Shown piece after piece: positions 46,738 through 58,203 of a DNA stretch of 64,000 nucleotides (the first letter of the stretch is position 1; the number at the start of each line of letters is the position of its first letter). Source of the stretch: Acidimicrobiia bacterium (GTDB lineage: Bacteria > Actinomycetota > Acidimicrobiia > Spongiisociales > ZC4RG35); assembly GCA_965220995.1 (NCBI GenBank), contig OZ244856.1, forward strand, positions 450,928 through 514,927. Reading direction: 5' to 3'. Below the pieces are notes generated by a model. The model searched no databases. It saw only the letters and a list, made by a program, of their open reading frames with translations, and was not told the DNA's origin. Both the position numbers and the translations under genes were made by a program.

Positions 46738-47931
46738 TTGACCCCCAGCCGCTGGCCGAGGGTGGCAGTTATGGGAGGGTCGATCGGCGGGCTGACCGCC
46801 GGTCTGCTGTTGCGCGAACTGGGCTGTCGGGTTGACATCTACGAGCGATCCTCCTCCGCCCTGCAGGACCGGGGAGCGGGCATCATCCTGCTCCCCCACA
46901 CCTACCGCTATTTCGAGGAACTCAGCCCCCTCGACACAAAAGAGGTCTCCATCGCCCCCTACTGGTGGACGTTCCTCGACCGTCGGGGCGGGGTGTTGTC
47001 CCAAAAGCCCCTCGGGTCCCTGATCAGTTCCTGGAACACCATCTACCGGGGGCTGCTGTCCGACTTCGGGAAGGACCACTATCACCTGCGCAAGGAGGTG
47101 ATCGGCTTCTCGCAAACCGATGAGCAGGTGCAGGTGAGGTTTTCGGACGGAGAAGCAGTCAGCGCCGATCTGCTGGTGGCGGCCGATGGCATCACCTCCC
47201 TGGCTCGCTCGATTCTCAATCCCGGGGTTTCCCCGTCCTACGCCGGATACGTAGCCTGGCGAGGAACCATCCCCGAATCGGACCTGACACCCCAGGCCCG
47301 GGAACAACTGGCCGACGCCATGGTCTACTGCCTGATGCCCACCGGACATTCCCTGGCCTACGCCATTCCCAGTCAGTCAGGCAGCCTGGTGGTGGGAGAA
47401 CGGCTGATGAACCTGGTCTGGTACTACAACTGTCCCGGCGGCCCTCCCCTTGAGGCTCTATTGACCGACCGGGAGGGAGACCGGCGGTCTTGGTCCGTAC
47501 CGCCCGGCTTCGTCCGCCCCGAATTGCTGGACACGATCCGCCGTGAGGCCCGAGAAACCATGGCGCCGGTGGTGAGGGAGGTGGTGGACGGCGCCCAGGA
47601 CCTGTTCATCCAGGTGATATTCGATGTGGCGTCGGAGCGGATGGCCCGGGGACGGGTGTGCGTGATCGGCGACGCCGCCTTCGCAGTGCGCCCCCACGCC
47701 GCGGCGGGCACCGCCAAGGCCTGCGACGACGCCTTCGCGCTCAGAGACGCCCTGGCTGCCGAGCAGGGCGATGTGAAAGCGGCGCTCCGGCGTTGGGAAC
47801 CCGGTCGCCTCCTAGTGGGACACAACCTGATCAATCGGTCCCGGTGGATCGGGGAGGCCTATCAAACCCGATTCGATGCGGCGCCCGGTGACACCCGCCT
47901 GCGATACGGCCTGTACGGGCCGGGCAACTGA
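46738..47931 (+). CDS. FAD-dependent aromatic-ring monooxygenase family protein.
   Basis: N-terminal FAD fold RVAVMGGSIGGLTAGLLL, a DG motif (LLVAADGITSLAR), and a GD motif (VCVIGDAAF). Confidence 0.7.
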   Translation: MTPSRWPRVAVMGGSIGGLTAGLLLRELGCRVDIYERSSSALQDRGAGIILLPHTYRYFEELSPLDTKEVSIAPYWWTFLDRRGGVLSQKPLGSLISSWNTIYRGLLSDFGKDHYHLRKEVIGFSQTDEQVQVRFSDGEAVSADLLVAADGITSLARSILNPGVSPSYAGYVAWRGTIPESDLTPQAREQLADAMVYCLMPTGHSLAYAIPSQSGSLVVGERLMNLVWYYNCPGGPPLEALLTDREGDRRSWSVPPGFVRPELLDTIRREARETMAPVVREVVDGAQDLFIQVIFDVASERMARGRVCVIGDAAFAVRPHAAAGTAKACDDAFALRDALAAEQGDVKAALRRWEPGRLLVGHNLINRSRWIGEAYQTRFDAAPGDTRLRYGLYGPGN

Positions 47932-47962
47932 CGGAGGGTCCGCCCCGACTCCGAGCCGCTGA

Positions 47963-48895
47963 TTAACCCCGCAGGGCCGCCAGCATGGCCGAACCCATGT
48001 CGGGTGGAGTGGGGGCGATCTCGATTCCTGCCCGCCGAAACGCCTCTATCTTGCTTTGCGCGGTCCCCTGGCCTCCGGAAATGATCGCCCCGGCATGGCC
48101 CATGCGCTTTCCCGGCGGAGCGGTGAGCCCGGCGATGAACCCCGCCACCGGCTTGGTCATCTCCGAGCGAACGTATTCGGCTGCCTCCTCCTCGGCCGGT
48201 CCGCCGATCTCCCCGATTATCAGAACCCCCTCGGTGGCCGGATCGGCCTGAAACAGACGTAGTGCGTCCACGAAGCTGGTTCCGTTGACCGGATCTCCCC
48301 CGATGCCCAGCGCGGTGGTTTGCCCCAGTCCCAGGTTGGTCAGTTGGTACACCGCTTCGTAGGTGAGGGTCCCCGACCGGCTGATCACCCCCACCCTTCC
48401 CCGGGAGTGGATGTAGCCCGGCATTATCCCCAGCTTGCATTCGCCGGGAGTGATCACCCCCGGGCAGTTGGGACCCACCAGGCGGGAGGGGCGGGAACCC
48501 AGGTAGTTCTTCACGGTCACCATGTCGTTGACCGGCACTCCCTCGGTGATGCACACTATGAGCCCCACACCGGCTTCCGCCGCCTCCATGATGGAATCCG
48601 CCGCAAAGGGAGGCGGAACGAAGATCAGGGTGGCGTTGGCGCCGGTGGCGTCCACTGCTTCGCTTACGCCGGAAAACAAGGGCAGGTCCACCTCGAAGGT
48701 GTCGGACCTCCCCGGGACCCCGCTGTGATCAGTGGCGCCCGAGAACTGCTGGGTTTCGCCCGCTCGGCGGGGATGAACCCCGGCCACCACCCGGGTTCCG
48801 TAGGCGATGATCTGCCGGGTGTGGAACTGTCCGGCCCGGCCCAAACCCTGAACCAGCAGCCTGGTGTCCCGGTTGCAGAGAATGCTCACCGGCAC
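47963..48895 (-). CDS. sucD: Succinate--CoA ligase alpha subunit.
   Basis: CoA-binding and ligase-CoA domains. Phospho-His loop SRSGTLTYE. 10-nt overlap with sucC. Confidence 0.9.
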   Translation of the reverse strand: MPVSILCNRDTRLLVQGLGRAGQFHTRQIIAYGTRVVAGVHPRRAGETQQFSGATDHSGVPGRSDTFEVDLPLFSGVSEAVDATGANATLIFVPPPFAADSIMEAAEAGVGLIVCITEGVPVNDMVTVKNYLGSRPSRLVGPNCPGVITPGECKLGIMPGYIHSRGRVGVISRSGTLTYEAVYQLTNLGLGQTTALGIGGDPVNGTSFVDALRLFQADPATEGVLIIGEIGGPAEEEAAEYVRSEMTKPVAGFIAGLTAPPGKRMGHAGAIISGGQGTAQSKIEAFRRAGIEIAPTPPDMGSAMLAALRG

Positions 48896-50106
48896 AACTC
48901 CACAATCCGGCGGGCGCCGTCCGCCATGTCGGTGGCCGAGATGACATCAAGCCCCGAGTCGGCGATCATCCTGCGGCCCAGGTCCACATTGGTTCCCTCC
49001 AGCCGGACCACCAGGGGCACCGACAGTCCCACCTCCTCGGTGGCGGACAGCACGCCCTGGGCAATCACGTCGCAGTGCACGATCCCCCCGAAGATATTCA
49101 CGAAGATCCCTTTGACGTTGGGATCGGCGGTGATGATCCGAAAGGCGGTGGCCACCCGTTCCGCATCGGTGTCGCCACCCACGTCCAGGAAGTTGGCGGG
49201 GGTGCCCCCATAGTGTTTCACGATGTCCATGGTGGCCATGGCCAGGCCGGCGCCGTTCACCATGCATCCGATCTCTCCGTCGAGTTTCACGTAGTTGAGG
49301 CCCGCTTTCCGGGAGGTGCTCTCGGCGGGATCCTCTTCGCTCTCGTCCCGCATCCGGGCCACCTGCGGGTGCCGGTAGAGGGCGTTGTCCTCGAACGAGA
49401 CCTTGGCGTCGAGCGCCACGGCCTGCCCCGCAGAATTGATCACCAAGGGGTTGATTTCCAACAGTTCGGTGTCAAGGCTGGTGGCTGCCGCCACCACTTT
49501 CTCCACCAGATCGGAGAACGAGGCGGCCACCTTCCCGGAAAGACGGAGGCGGCGGGCAAGGCGCCGCAACTGGAAGGGCCGAACTCCCACGCCCGGATCG
49601 ATGGTCTCGGTCACCAGTTTCTCGGGAGACTCGGCCGCCACCTGCTCGATCTCCACCCCTCCCTCCACCGAGGCCAGGATGACGGGACGGGAGACTTTGC
49701 GATCCAACTGCACGGCAAGGTAAAGCTCCTGGGATATGTCCACCCCCGCCTCCACCAACAGTCGATTCACCACCTTGCCCGATGGTCCGGTCTGAACGGT
49801 GACCAGCGTCGAACCGAGCATCTTCTCGGCCAAAGCCAACATTCTTTGGCGCATCAGGTGTTTCTGACCCGAGGCCACGATGTTCACCCCTCCGATTCCC
49901 GCTTCGGCGTGTTCCAGAAAGCGCCCCTTGCCGCGGCCGCCGGCATGGATCTGCGCCTTGACCACCACCAGGTACCCGCCGGTTTCCTCCAAGAGTTCCA
50001 CCGAGGCGTCGGCCGCATCCTCGGGAGTGAAGACCGCCCTCCCCGACGGCGTCGCCACGCCATGGGAGGCGAGTAGTTCCTTGGCCTGATGTTCGTGAAT
50101 GTTCAC
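48886..50106 (-). CDS. sucC: Succinate--CoA ligase beta subunit.
   Basis: ATP-grasp N-terminus [12 protein letters not shown] and ligase-CoA C-terminus. Confidence 0.9.
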   Translation of the reverse strand: MNIHEHQAKELLASHGVATPSGRAVFTPEDAADASVELLEETGGYLVVVKAQIHAGGRGKGRFLEHAEAGIGGVNIVASGQKHLMRQRMLALAEKMLGSTLVTVQTGPSGKVVNRLLVEAGVDISQELYLAVQLDRKVSRPVILASVEGGVEIEQVAAESPEKLVTETIDPGVGVRPFQLRRLARRLRLSGKVAASFSDLVEKVVAAATSLDTELLEINPLVINSAGQAVALDAKVSFEDNALYRHPQVARMRDESEEDPAESTSRKAGLNYVKLDGEIGCMVNGAGLAMATMDIVKHYGGTPANFLDVGGDTDAERVATAFRIITADPNVKGIFVNIFGGIVHCDVIAQGVLSATEEVGLSVPLVVRLEGTNVDLGRRMIADSGLDVISATDMADGARRIVELCR

Positions 50107-50175
50107 CGCGCAGGATATGCTACCCGGCGCCCGGCCCGATCCTCCGCCCCCCGGGACCGGGGGCCGGGGAGATCT

Positions 50176-50559
50176 CTAAAGCTCGGCGGCCACCCATTCG
50201 ACGATCTCATCCAGCGAAGTCCCGGGTGTGAATATCGCGGCAACGCCCATCTCCAGCAGTCGCTCCACGTCGTCGGCCGGTATCACGCCTCCTCCGAATA
50301 CCTTGATGTGGTCGGCGCCGGATTCGGACACCAGCCGCAGGATCGGGGGAAAGATCGACATATACGCCCCGGACATCACCGACAGCCCGATGGCCGCCAC
50401 GTCCTCTTGGATCGCGGCCGCCACCACCTGTTCGGGAGTCTGATGTAGCCCGGTGTAGATCACCTCATGCCCACCGTCGCGCAACGCCCGGGCCACCACC
50501 TTGGCGCCGCGGTCATGCCCGTCCAGACCCGCTTTGGCAATCAACACCCGTCTTCGCAT
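50176..50559 (-). CDS. Stand-alone cobalamin (B12)-binding domain protein (methylmalonyl-CoA-mutase C-terminal-domain-like).
   Basis: 127 aa with the DxHxxG B12 motif ([13 protein letters not shown]) and a Rossmann-like pattern. No mutase large subunit is adjacent. Confidence 0.7.
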   Translation of the reverse strand: MRRRVLIAKAGLDGHDRGAKVVARALRDGGHEVIYTGLHQTPEQVVAAAIQEDVAAIGLSVMSGAYMSIFPPILRLVSESGADHIKVFGGGVIPADDVERLLEMGVAAIFTPGTSLDEIVEWVAAEL

Positions 50560-50598
50560 CCTGCCTTAAGAGTAAAGACCGTGGTTACCATCAAACCC

Positions 50599-51711
50599 AT
50601 GTCGATTTCTTCCCTTCGCGCCCTCACTTTGGCCGGCCAGAGCATCTGGGCCGATCAGATCTCCCGAGCAATGCTGGACAGCGGAGAACTGGAACGCCGG
50701 GTCCGCCAGCAACACATCACCGGAGTAACCTCCAACCCGTCCATTTTCGCCGCGGCCATCACCCAAAGCAGTGACTACGACCGGGCCATGGAGCGCCTGA
50801 TCGGCCACGGGGCGGACCTCGATGAGACCTACGCTTCCCTGATCACCCGGGACATCACCGACGCCTGCGATGTTCTGGCCCCGGTTCACCGGGAAACCGG
50901 CGGATCGGACGGCTTCGTCTCGGTGGAGGTTTCCCCCCAACTGGCGGATGACACCGACGCCACGGTGGCCGAGGCCCGCGAATGGGTCAAGCGGGTCAAT
51001 CGGCCCAACCTGTTGGTGAAGGTGCCGGCCACGCCCGAGGGAATCCCGGCCATCCGCCAGCTCACCGGAGAAGGCATCTCGGTGAACGTCACCCTGATCT
51101 TTTCTCTCCGGCGCTACCAAGAGGTCATGGAGGCGTACGTTGGGGGCCTGGAGGACTTTGCGGCGGTGGGAGGCAGTCTTCGGGAGGTGGCCTCGGTTGC
51201 CTCGTTTTTCGTGTCCAGGGTGGACACCGAAACGGATCGCCGCCTGGAGGAGATGGGCGGCGCCCACCGCCTGGCTCTGCGGGGCAAGGCGGCCGTGGCC
51301 AATGCCCGGGCGGCCTACGGGGAGTTCCTGGCGACGTTCACCGGGCCGAGGTGGGACCGTCTGGCCGCCCGGGGAGCACGAGTTCAGCGTCCCCTGTGGG
51401 CCTCAACCTCCACCAAGAATCCCGCCTATCCGGACACTCTGTACGTGGACACCCTGGTGGCGCCGCACACCGTCAACACCCTGCCCCTTTCCACCATCGA
51501 AGCCTACGCGGACCATGGATCAACCCAACCCGCCATCTTCGGCCCTGAAGAGATGGCCCGCGCCCGCGGTGTTCTGGCCAACCTGGAGAAAGCGGGAGTG
51601 GACTACGGAGATGTGGTGAAGACTCTGGAGATCCAGGGAGTAGACAGCTTCTCGAGGTCCTTTGTGGAACTGCAAGACCACATTCGGGCCAAGTACTCCG
51701 AACTGGCATAG
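50599..51711 (+). CDS. tal: Transaldolase (actinobacterial ~370-aa type).
   Basis: Schiff-base Lys region NLLVKVP and TSNPS near the N-terminus. Start at the Met 45 codons into the track ORF. Confidence 0.85.
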   Translation: MSISSLRALTLAGQSIWADQISRAMLDSGELERRVRQQHITGVTSNPSIFAAAITQSSDYDRAMERLIGHGADLDETYASLITRDITDACDVLAPVHRETGGSDGFVSVEVSPQLADDTDATVAEAREWVKRVNRPNLLVKVPATPEGIPAIRQLTGEGISVNVTLIFSLRRYQEVMEAYVGGLEDFAAVGGSLREVASVASFFVSRVDTETDRRLEEMGGAHRLALRGKAAVANARAAYGEFLATFTGPRWDRLAARGARVQRPLWASTSTKNPAYPDTLYVDTLVAPHTVNTLPLSTIEAYADHGSTQPAIFGPEEMARARGVLANLEKAGVDYGDVVKTLEIQGVDSFSRSFVELQDHIRAKYSELA

Positions 51712-51806
51712 CCGAGGGCAAACCCGTAGCCAGGTTGCCCGGCGGGGTTCCCCGGACACTCAGCGGCATCTCGAATCCAAGACCGGACCCCCTGATCAGG
51801 CTCGAA

Positions 51807-54026
51807 TCACCCGGCCTTCTCCACCGCCGAGAGCATTAATTCCCGTCTTTCTTTCAGGTTGGAGAAGAAGACGGTAGCCGAGGCTCTCCCGCCCTCCCCG
51901 GAGATGGTGAGAACCCGACCTAACCCCCAGTCGGGGTGGCGCACGCGATCTCCCACCTGCAAGCCGGCCTGGCGATTCACGGTCCTTCCCGAATAGGTCC
52001 CCGCCCGGGCCGACCGGCGGCCGACCCCCGAACCTCTCCGCCCCCGGCGGGCGCCCCGACCTGCCGGGCCGCCCACCTGCTTCACCAGGCGGTCGGGAAT
52101 CTCGCCCAGGAAGCGGCTGGGCGTCTGGGGATATGGGAACCCGCCCACCATGCGAAAGTCGTCCCAGCTAAGATGCAGTTTTTCCATGGAGCGGGTCATC
52201 GCCACATAAAAGAGCCTTCGCTCCTCCTCCAACTGATCAGGATCGGAGATGCTGCGTTCATGGGGAAACAGCCCGTCTTGCAGGCCCGCCACGAACACCA
52301 CCGGAAATTCCAGACCCTTGGCGCTGTGGACGGTCATCAGCGCCACCGCCCCCGCTCCTTCATCCAAATTGTCGGGATCCGAAACCAGCGACGCTCCCTC
52401 GAGGAAGCGCCCCAACCTGTCCATCGGAGACAAGTCCTCTTCCAGAGCGTTGTCGAACTCGTAGGCCACCCGGACAAGTTCCGCCAGGTTCTCGGTGCGG
52501 CCCTCCGCTTCGATACCCCCCTCGGCGGCGGCCATCTCGGCCAACCCGGTGTCGAATATGGCGCTCTCGGTGGCCCGACCCACCCCATCCGATTCCAGGT
52601 GCCCGCCAATCGAACCCAGCAGTCCCGCCAGTTCTTTCACTCCCTTCCGAGCCCGGGTGGAGATCCCGACAATGTCATCGGACCGATCCAAGGCATCCCG
52701 CAGACTGATCTCCTCGGTGGAGAGATAGCGTTCCAAGCGTCCCAGGGAGGTGCGACCGATACCCCGGCGGGGAGTGTTGATGATCCTTCGCAACGCCACC
52801 CCGTCGTCGGGATTGGACACCACCTGCAGATAGGCCACCACATCCTTTATCTCCCGCCGCTGGTAGAAAGCCACCGCCCCCACCACCTGGTAGGGCAGTT
52901 CGGCCCGCCGCAAGCCCTCCTCAAAGGCCCGCGACTGGGCGTTGGTGCGGTAGAACACCGCCATGTCCCCGGGGTTGTAACCATCAGACACCAGCTCCCG
53001 GGCGCGGTCGGCCACAAACCGGGACTCACGAGTGATGCCCGACCCCCGATGAACGATTATGCGGTCTCCCTCGCCCTGGTCGCACCACAGGTCCTTGGGA
53101 TCGGAGCGAAGATTGACGCTGATCACCTCGTTGGCGGCGTCCAGGATATTGGAGGTCGACCGGTAGTTGCGGTTGAGGATCACCCGGCGAGCCTCGGGGA
53201 AATCCTCATCGAAGCGATCAAAATTTCGGTAGTCGGCGCCTCGGAAAGCGTAAATGGACTGGTCGCTGTCACCCACCACGAACAAACTCCGATGGCGGCG
53301 GGCCAGGTACCTCACCAACAGATACTGGGCCCGGTTGGTGTCCTGGTATTCATCCACCAATACGTGACGGAACACCCCCTGATACTTCTCCAAGACCTCG
53401 GGGAGGGCGCCGAACAACTCCACGGCCACCATGAGCAGATCGTCGAAATCCATGGCTGACATCTGCAGAAGCCGCTGCTGGTAGAGCCGGTAGACCTCCG
53501 CCACCTCCATGGGGCCCTCCGCCCGGTCGGCCAGGGTGTCGTAATCCACCAGGTCGTTCTTGGCGGCGCTGATCCGGTTGAGCAGGCCCCGGGGAGAAAG
53601 CCTGTTCTGATCCAGACCCAGATCGTTCAAGCACTGCTTGGCCAACCGCAGGGAGTCCGCCCGGTCGTAGATCGAAAAGTTCGACCGGTACCCGAAGACA
53701 TGCGCCTCTCGGCGCAGGATCCGGGCACAAGCCGAGTGAAAAGTGGAGACCCACATGCTTCGGACCGTGGCGCCCACCAGACCGGCGACCCTTTCTCTCA
53801 TCTCCCGGGCCGCCTTGTTGGTGAAGGTGATGGCCAGAATGGATTGGGCCGGAACCCCCATCTCACCGATCAGGTAGGCGATGCGATGAGTGAGCACCCG
53901 GGTCTTGCCCGACCCGGCCCCCGCCACCACCATCACCGGGCCCGAAGCGATGGTCACCGCATCCGCCTGTTCGGAGTTGAGGTCTTCGATCAGTGGATGC
54001 GAACCGATCATCTCACTCCCATTCAA
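51807..54026 (-). CDS. pcrA: ATP-dependent DNA helicase PcrA/UvrD (UvrD1-like).
   Basis: SF1 motifs ([10 protein letters not shown] ...). 739 aa. Adjacent to sucC as in mycobacteria. Confidence 0.85.
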   Translation of the reverse strand: MNGSEMIGSHPLIEDLNSEQADAVTIASGPVMVVAGAGSGKTRVLTHRIAYLIGEMGVPAQSILAITFTNKAAREMRERVAGLVGATVRSMWVSTFHSACARILRREAHVFGYRSNFSIYDRADSLRLAKQCLNDLGLDQNRLSPRGLLNRISAAKNDLVDYDTLADRAEGPMEVAEVYRLYQQRLLQMSAMDFDDLLMVAVELFGALPEVLEKYQGVFRHVLVDEYQDTNRAQYLLVRYLARRHRSLFVVGDSDQSIYAFRGADYRNFDRFDEDFPEARRVILNRNYRSTSNILDAANEVISVNLRSDPKDLWCDQGEGDRIIVHRGSGITRESRFVADRARELVSDGYNPGDMAVFYRTNAQSRAFEEGLRRAELPYQVVGAVAFYQRREIKDVVAYLQVVSNPDDGVALRRIINTPRRGIGRTSLGRLERYLSTEEISLRDALDRSDDIVGISTRARKGVKELAGLLGSIGGHLESDGVGRATESAIFDTGLAEMAAAEGGIEAEGRTENLAELVRVAYEFDNALEEDLSPMDRLGRFLEGASLVSDPDNLDEGAGAVALMTVHSAKGLEFPVVFVAGLQDGLFPHERSISDPDQLEEERRLFYVAMTRSMEKLHLSWDDFRMVGGFPYPQTPSRFLGEIPDRLVKQVGGPAGRGARRGRRGSGVGRRSARAGTYSGRTVNRQAGLQVGDRVRHPDWGLGRVLTISGEGGRASATVFFSNLKERRELMLSAVEKAG

Positions 54027-55551
54027 TAGTTGCGGGAGGCTTTGAGGAAACGTCGTAGAGGACCCGATTGATCCCCTCCACTTCGCCGATCACCCTCCGG
54101 GAGATGGCGGAAAGCACCTCATAGGGCAACCGAGCCCAGTCGGCCGTCATCGCTTCGGAACTCTCCACGGCGCGCACCACCAGGGGATAGGCGTAGGTCC
54201 GCCCGTCTCCCTGGACTCCCACCGAGCGGATGGCCGGCAGCACTCCGAACACCTGCCAGAGACTGCGATACAGCCCGGCCCGACGGATCTCGTCCAGCAC
54301 GATGGTGTCGGCCCTTCGCAGCAGGTCGAGCCGGTCGGGCGTCACCTCGCCGATGATGCGGATCGCCAGACCCGGCCCCGGGAAGGGATGGCGCCAGACG
54401 ACCTCCTCGGGAAGCCCCAACTGCTCCCCCACCGCCCGGACCTCGTCCTTGAACAGGTCGCGGAGCGGTTCCACCAACTCCAAGCGCATGTGGGCGGGGA
54501 GTCCACCCACATTGTGGTGGCTTTTGATCACCGCCGCATCTCCTCCTCCCGATTCGATCACATCGGGGTACAGGGTTCCCTGCACCAGAAATCGACATTC
54601 CGGGAGCCGATCGGACACCTCCTCGAAGACTTTGATGAAGGTCTCACCGATCAGTTTTCGTTTCTTTTCGGGATCGGTCACGCCCTCCAGAACACCCAGG
54701 AACCGGTCTTGGGCCTTGACATGGATCAGGTTGGTGTCAAAGTTCCGGCCGAACACCTCCTCGACCTGCTCTGCCTCGCCTTCCCGAAGGAGACCATGGT
54801 CCACGAACACACAGGTGAGGCGATCCCCGATAGCCCGATGCACCAACGCGGCGGCGACTGCCGAATCCACCCCGCCCGACAGCCCGCACACCGCCCGGGC
54901 CTCTCCGATCTGACGCCGTATGTTCTCCACCTCGGTCTCGATGATGGATTCGGCCGTCCAGGAACCGCGGGCGCCGCACGCCCCGTAGAGAAACCTCTGC
55001 AGCACTTCCATGCCTTGGGGGGTGTGGGTGACCTCGGGGTGGAATTGCACCCCGTAGAGACCTCGATCGGGGTTTTCCATGGCGGCCACCGCCGCTCCGG
55101 GGGTGCGGGCGGTGACCCGGAAACCCTCGGGCGCCTCCACCACCGCGTCGCGGTGGCTCATCCATACGTCTGCAGGGGAAGGAAGGTCCCTCAAAAGCAG
55201 TGAAGGGCCCAAAGTGTCCAGGACGGTGTTCCCAAACTCCCCGGCGCCGGTGGCCGACACCACCCCTCCTGTGTGTTTGGCGATCAGTTGATGTCCATAA
55301 CAGATGCCCAGCACCGGGATTCCCAGGGACAGCAGACCGGGATCGATGGACACGGCGTCCGGTGAGTAGACCGAGGCCGGCCCGCCCGAAAGAACAATTC
55401 CCGAAGGAGACCGCGCCATGGCCTGAGAAGCGGTGATCCGAGCCGGCACTATCTCCGAATGCACCCGGGCTTCCCGGATCCGCCGGGCGATCAGGCGGGC
55501 GTACTGCGCCCCCAGATCCACCACCAGCACATTGTCGGCGGAAGAGTTCAA
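54013..55551 (-). CDS. guaA: GMP synthase (glutamine-hydrolysing).
   Basis: GATase-1 (GICYGHQ), the ATP-PPase P-loop SGGVDS, and the C-terminal IEWE. Start set at TTG 55551 overlapping the guaB3 stop (TTGA). The 704-aa track ORF extends into guaB3. Confidence 0.85.
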   Translation of the reverse strand: MNSSADNVLVVDLGAQYARLIARRIREARVHSEIVPARITASQAMARSPSGIVLSGGPASVYSPDAVSIDPGLLSLGIPVLGICYGHQLIAKHTGGVVSATGAGEFGNTVLDTLGPSLLLRDLPSPADVWMSHRDAVVEAPEGFRVTARTPGAAVAAMENPDRGLYGVQFHPEVTHTPQGMEVLQRFLYGACGARGSWTAESIIETEVENIRRQIGEARAVCGLSGGVDSAVAAALVHRAIGDRLTCVFVDHGLLREGEAEQVEEVFGRNFDTNLIHVKAQDRFLGVLEGVTDPEKKRKLIGETFIKVFEEVSDRLPECRFLVQGTLYPDVIESGGGDAAVIKSHHNVGGLPAHMRLELVEPLRDLFKDEVRAVGEQLGLPEEVVWRHPFPGPGLAIRIIGEVTPDRLDLLRRADTIVLDEIRRAGLYRSLWQVFGVLPAIRSVGVQGDGRTYAYPLVVRAVESSEAMTADWARLPYEVLSAISRRVIGEVEGINRVLYDVSSKPPATIEWE

Positions 55552-56705
55552 TCCATCCCCGGCTGCCGGGCCCGTTGCATCCCTTTGCCCTCGTTCAGGA
55601 AGGAGGGGGCGATCGCAACTTCCGCCTTCTGGAATTCCAGGACATTGGAGTAGCCGGTGGTGGACATCGACCGCCGCAGCGCCCCGAAGAGATTGGTCAA
55701 CCCCTCGGATTCGGTGGCCGGCCCCAACATGATCTCCGCCAAGGTTCCCCGGGTGGGCGCATTGATCCTCACACCCCTCGGCAGGGAGGGATGAAACGAT
55801 GACATGCCCCAATGGAAACCTCGTCCGGGGGCTTCGGAGGCGGCGGCCAGGGGAGAACCCAGCATCACGGCATCCGCCCCACAGGCGATGGCCTTGGCGA
55901 TCTCGCCCCCGGTCCTCATCCCCCCGTCGGCGATCACATGCACGTATCGCCCCGTCTCCAACAGATAATGGACCCGCGCCCCCGCCGCGTCGGCTATCGC
56001 AGTGGCCTGTGAAACGCCCACCCCCAACACCCTCCGGGTGACACTGGCCGCTCCCGGACCCACTCCCACCAGCACCCCCACCGCCCCGGTGCGCATCAGA
56101 TGAAGGGCCATCGAGTAGGAGGAACACCCCCCCACCACCACCGGCGTGGAAGATTGCGCGATGAACTTCTTGAGGTTCAAGGGTTCGGTTCGTGTAGACA
56201 CATGCTCGGCGGAAACCACCGTTCCCTGGATCACCAGGAGGTCCAAACCCGCCTCCGTCGCCAGATGGGCGTATTCCAAGGTGTGCTGCGGGGTGAGACT
56301 GGCGGCCGAAACCACCCCGGCATCCCGGATCTGCCGGATGCGGTCGCCGATCAACGAATCCTTGATGGGCTCCCGGTAGACCTCCTGCAAGAGAGCCCTG
56401 GCCTCGGTGTCCGAGGCCGCGGCGATTTCTTCATAGATGGGATCGGGATCCTGATAGCGGGTCCACAGGCCCTCCAGGTTCAGCACCCCCAGGCCGCCCA
56501 GTCGCCCCACTTCAATCACCATTTCCGGACTCATCGTGGAATCCATGGCGGCGCCCATCATGGGAAGCGAAAACGGGTAGGCCTCCAGCTGCCATCCCAG
56601 ATCCACATCGTCGGAGTCCCGGGTGCGACGAGTAGGCACAATCGCAATGTCATCCAGCCCGTATACTCGCCGCGCCGTTTTTCCTATGCCTATGTCAACG
56701 GCCAT
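55548..56705 (-). CDS. guaB3: IMP-dehydrogenase-family protein lacking CBS domains (GuaB3-like).
   Basis: 385 aa. IMPDH TIM-barrel with the Cys loop (GVGPGA...). No CBS pair. N-terminus matches GuaB3-type proteins. Confidence 0.75.
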   Translation of the reverse strand: MAVDIGIGKTARRVYGLDDIAIVPTRRTRDSDDVDLGWQLEAYPFSLPMMGAAMDSTMSPEMVIEVGRLGGLGVLNLEGLWTRYQDPDPIYEEIAAASDTEARALLQEVYREPIKDSLIGDRIRQIRDAGVVSAASLTPQHTLEYAHLATEAGLDLLVIQGTVVSAEHVSTRTEPLNLKKFIAQSSTPVVVGGCSSYSMALHLMRTGAVGVLVGVGPGAASVTRRVLGVGVSQATAIADAAGARVHYLLETGRYVHVIADGGMRTGGEIAKAIACGADAVMLGSPLAAASEAPGRGFHWGMSSFHPSLPRGVRINAPTRGTLAEIMLGPATESEGLTNLFGALRRSMSTTGYSNVLEFQKAEVAIAPSFLNEGKGMQRARQPGMD

Positions 56706-56977
56706 TCAATCCTTCTCCCGGTGTGGGTGCCCGACGGCTGAACCCGCTCGGCTGTCCCGGCTTCGGTTCGTTCGCCTCTGGCCACTGTTTCACTCTTTTG
56801 GGCCTGCCCAAAGGCTACCAAATCGCAGCGACAATTCCGGCGAGTCGGACGATGGACGCCGGGGCGGGGGCCATGTGCCGACCGTGACCGATTCCTATGC
56901 CTTGATTGGGAACACGAGCTCAATGGCCTCTTTGTGAACTGCATAAATGAAAGGGCCGGGACGCCGGCAAGCCTCCG

Positions 56978-57310
56978 TTATCCGACGCAGGTTATTAACA
57001 AACGAGCCACCATCTCCTCCGCAGTGAGACCGCGACGGGAGAGGGCAAAGACTTGGACGGGGTGAGCGGCCACCCTCTCCCGCTCAAGCCGGTTTTTTCT
57101 GATAGCCCCATCCTTGGTGAATACAATCCAACCCTCAGCCCCGGACTTCTCCAGCCAGTCGGTATCAAGAACCTTCTCATCAGCAGGCACTCCGTATACC
57201 TCGGCAAGAGTTACCAAATCCAGGCCCTCGGCGCGAAGTAGGTTGGGTACCTTACGGCGGCCCAGGCTGCGATCCAAAAAAATTCTAGGCAGCCCTGCGG
57301 GATGTGACAC
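56978..57310 (-). CDS. DUF5615-family PIN-like protein; putative toxin partner of the DUF433 protein.
   Basis: Pattern IFLDRSLGRRKVPNLLRAEGLDLVTL...WIVFTKDGAIR matches DUF5615/Mut7-C-like small PIN proteins. GTG start at 57310 overlaps the upstream gene by 26 nt. Confidence 0.5.
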   Translation of the reverse strand: MSHPAGLPRIFLDRSLGRRKVPNLLRAEGLDLVTLAEVYGVPADEKVLDTDWLEKSGAEGWIVFTKDGAIRKNRLERERVAAHPVQVFALSRRGLTAEEMVARLLITCVG

Positions 57311-58004
57311 GCACCACGTCTTCCAATTGATCCAGAGGCACGCCAAACTCCATGACAAGATCGCTCAAAGACTCACCCGCCCAGAACCGGTCCAGCACAT
57401 CTCCCACCCGGCACCCGCCCTTGGCAAAGATGGGAGATCCAAAAGACCTCTCAGGATCAACGATCACTTCCGCCTTGGCAAACGCCGGAACGGCAACCCT
57501 GATTGCGTAACCATCCGATGCATATTCGATCCCCTGCAGGAAGTCCATGACCGCTTCAGTAAAGACTCCCTGGCCGTTCCGAATGGAAACCAGCCTCATC
57601 ACCAACTGGGACTCGCGGGGGTCGTCCTGACTCTCGGCGTAGTCGTAGAGCAATTCTGCCCCATCTGTATACAGCCGTCGGGATGCCAGGGCATGGTCCA
57701 ACCCGATCTTTTGCTCCAATGCCTTGAGAGCCGGACGGATGCGTTGCATAGGAACGCCGCTACGTCGAACGGCTGCTATGACCACCGCCTCCACCAGCCC
57801 GACAAAGGGAATGCAGGGATAGCGGGGCCGTTCAGGGAACAAACGGGTAACTATGGGATCCACTGAAACCTGATGGTTGATGGCCTTCACTCGCCGGGGG
57901 CTTCCAACCCAGGTGGCGAGAGTAGACGAGGGAACATCAACAATGCCGGCAACCTGCTTTATGGTGTACAGGGGAACCTTGAACCGAAGCCGTTTGGATG
58001 TCAT
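57285..58004 (-). CDS. MerR-like HTH protein with a C-terminal DUF433 domain; putative antitoxin/regulator.
   Basis: N-terminal HTH YTIKQVAGIVDVPSSTLATW (MerR-like). C-terminal IVDPERSFGSPIFAKGGCRVGDVLDRFWAGESLSDLVMEFGVPLDQLEDVV matches DUF433. Confidence 0.55.
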   Translation of the reverse strand: MTSKRLRFKVPLYTIKQVAGIVDVPSSTLATWVGSPRRVKAINHQVSVDPIVTRLFPERPRYPCIPFVGLVEAVVIAAVRRSGVPMQRIRPALKALEQKIGLDHALASRRLYTDGAELLYDYAESQDDPRESQLVMRLVSIRNGQGVFTEAVMDFLQGIEYASDGYAIRVAVPAFAKAEVIVDPERSFGSPIFAKGGCRVGDVLDRFWAGESLSDLVMEFGVPLDQLEDVVRVTSRRAA

Positions 58005-58203
58005 TGGCGCAACCCCCTTTTCCCTTCTCGACTGCCCGTCCCAGATTAGCCGCCCATGTGGCCCTCCCCTGACAAGATACCGACAAGAAGCCTCATCTCG
58101 GCAGGCTGATATGTCCTGCTATATCTTATGCTCAAGTCTCGGGCGGCGGAGTCATAGTGCAGCGTCGGCGTAGTATGGCGGAGACATCCCACCCGGAGCC
58201 AGG

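Noticed and set aside
51841-51874. 10-bp hairpin CCGTCTTTCTT...AAGAAGACGG near the tal/pcrA convergent junction.
   Set aside because: It lies inside the pcrA coding region (pcrA's stop codon is at 51807-51809), so it is not an intergenic terminator.
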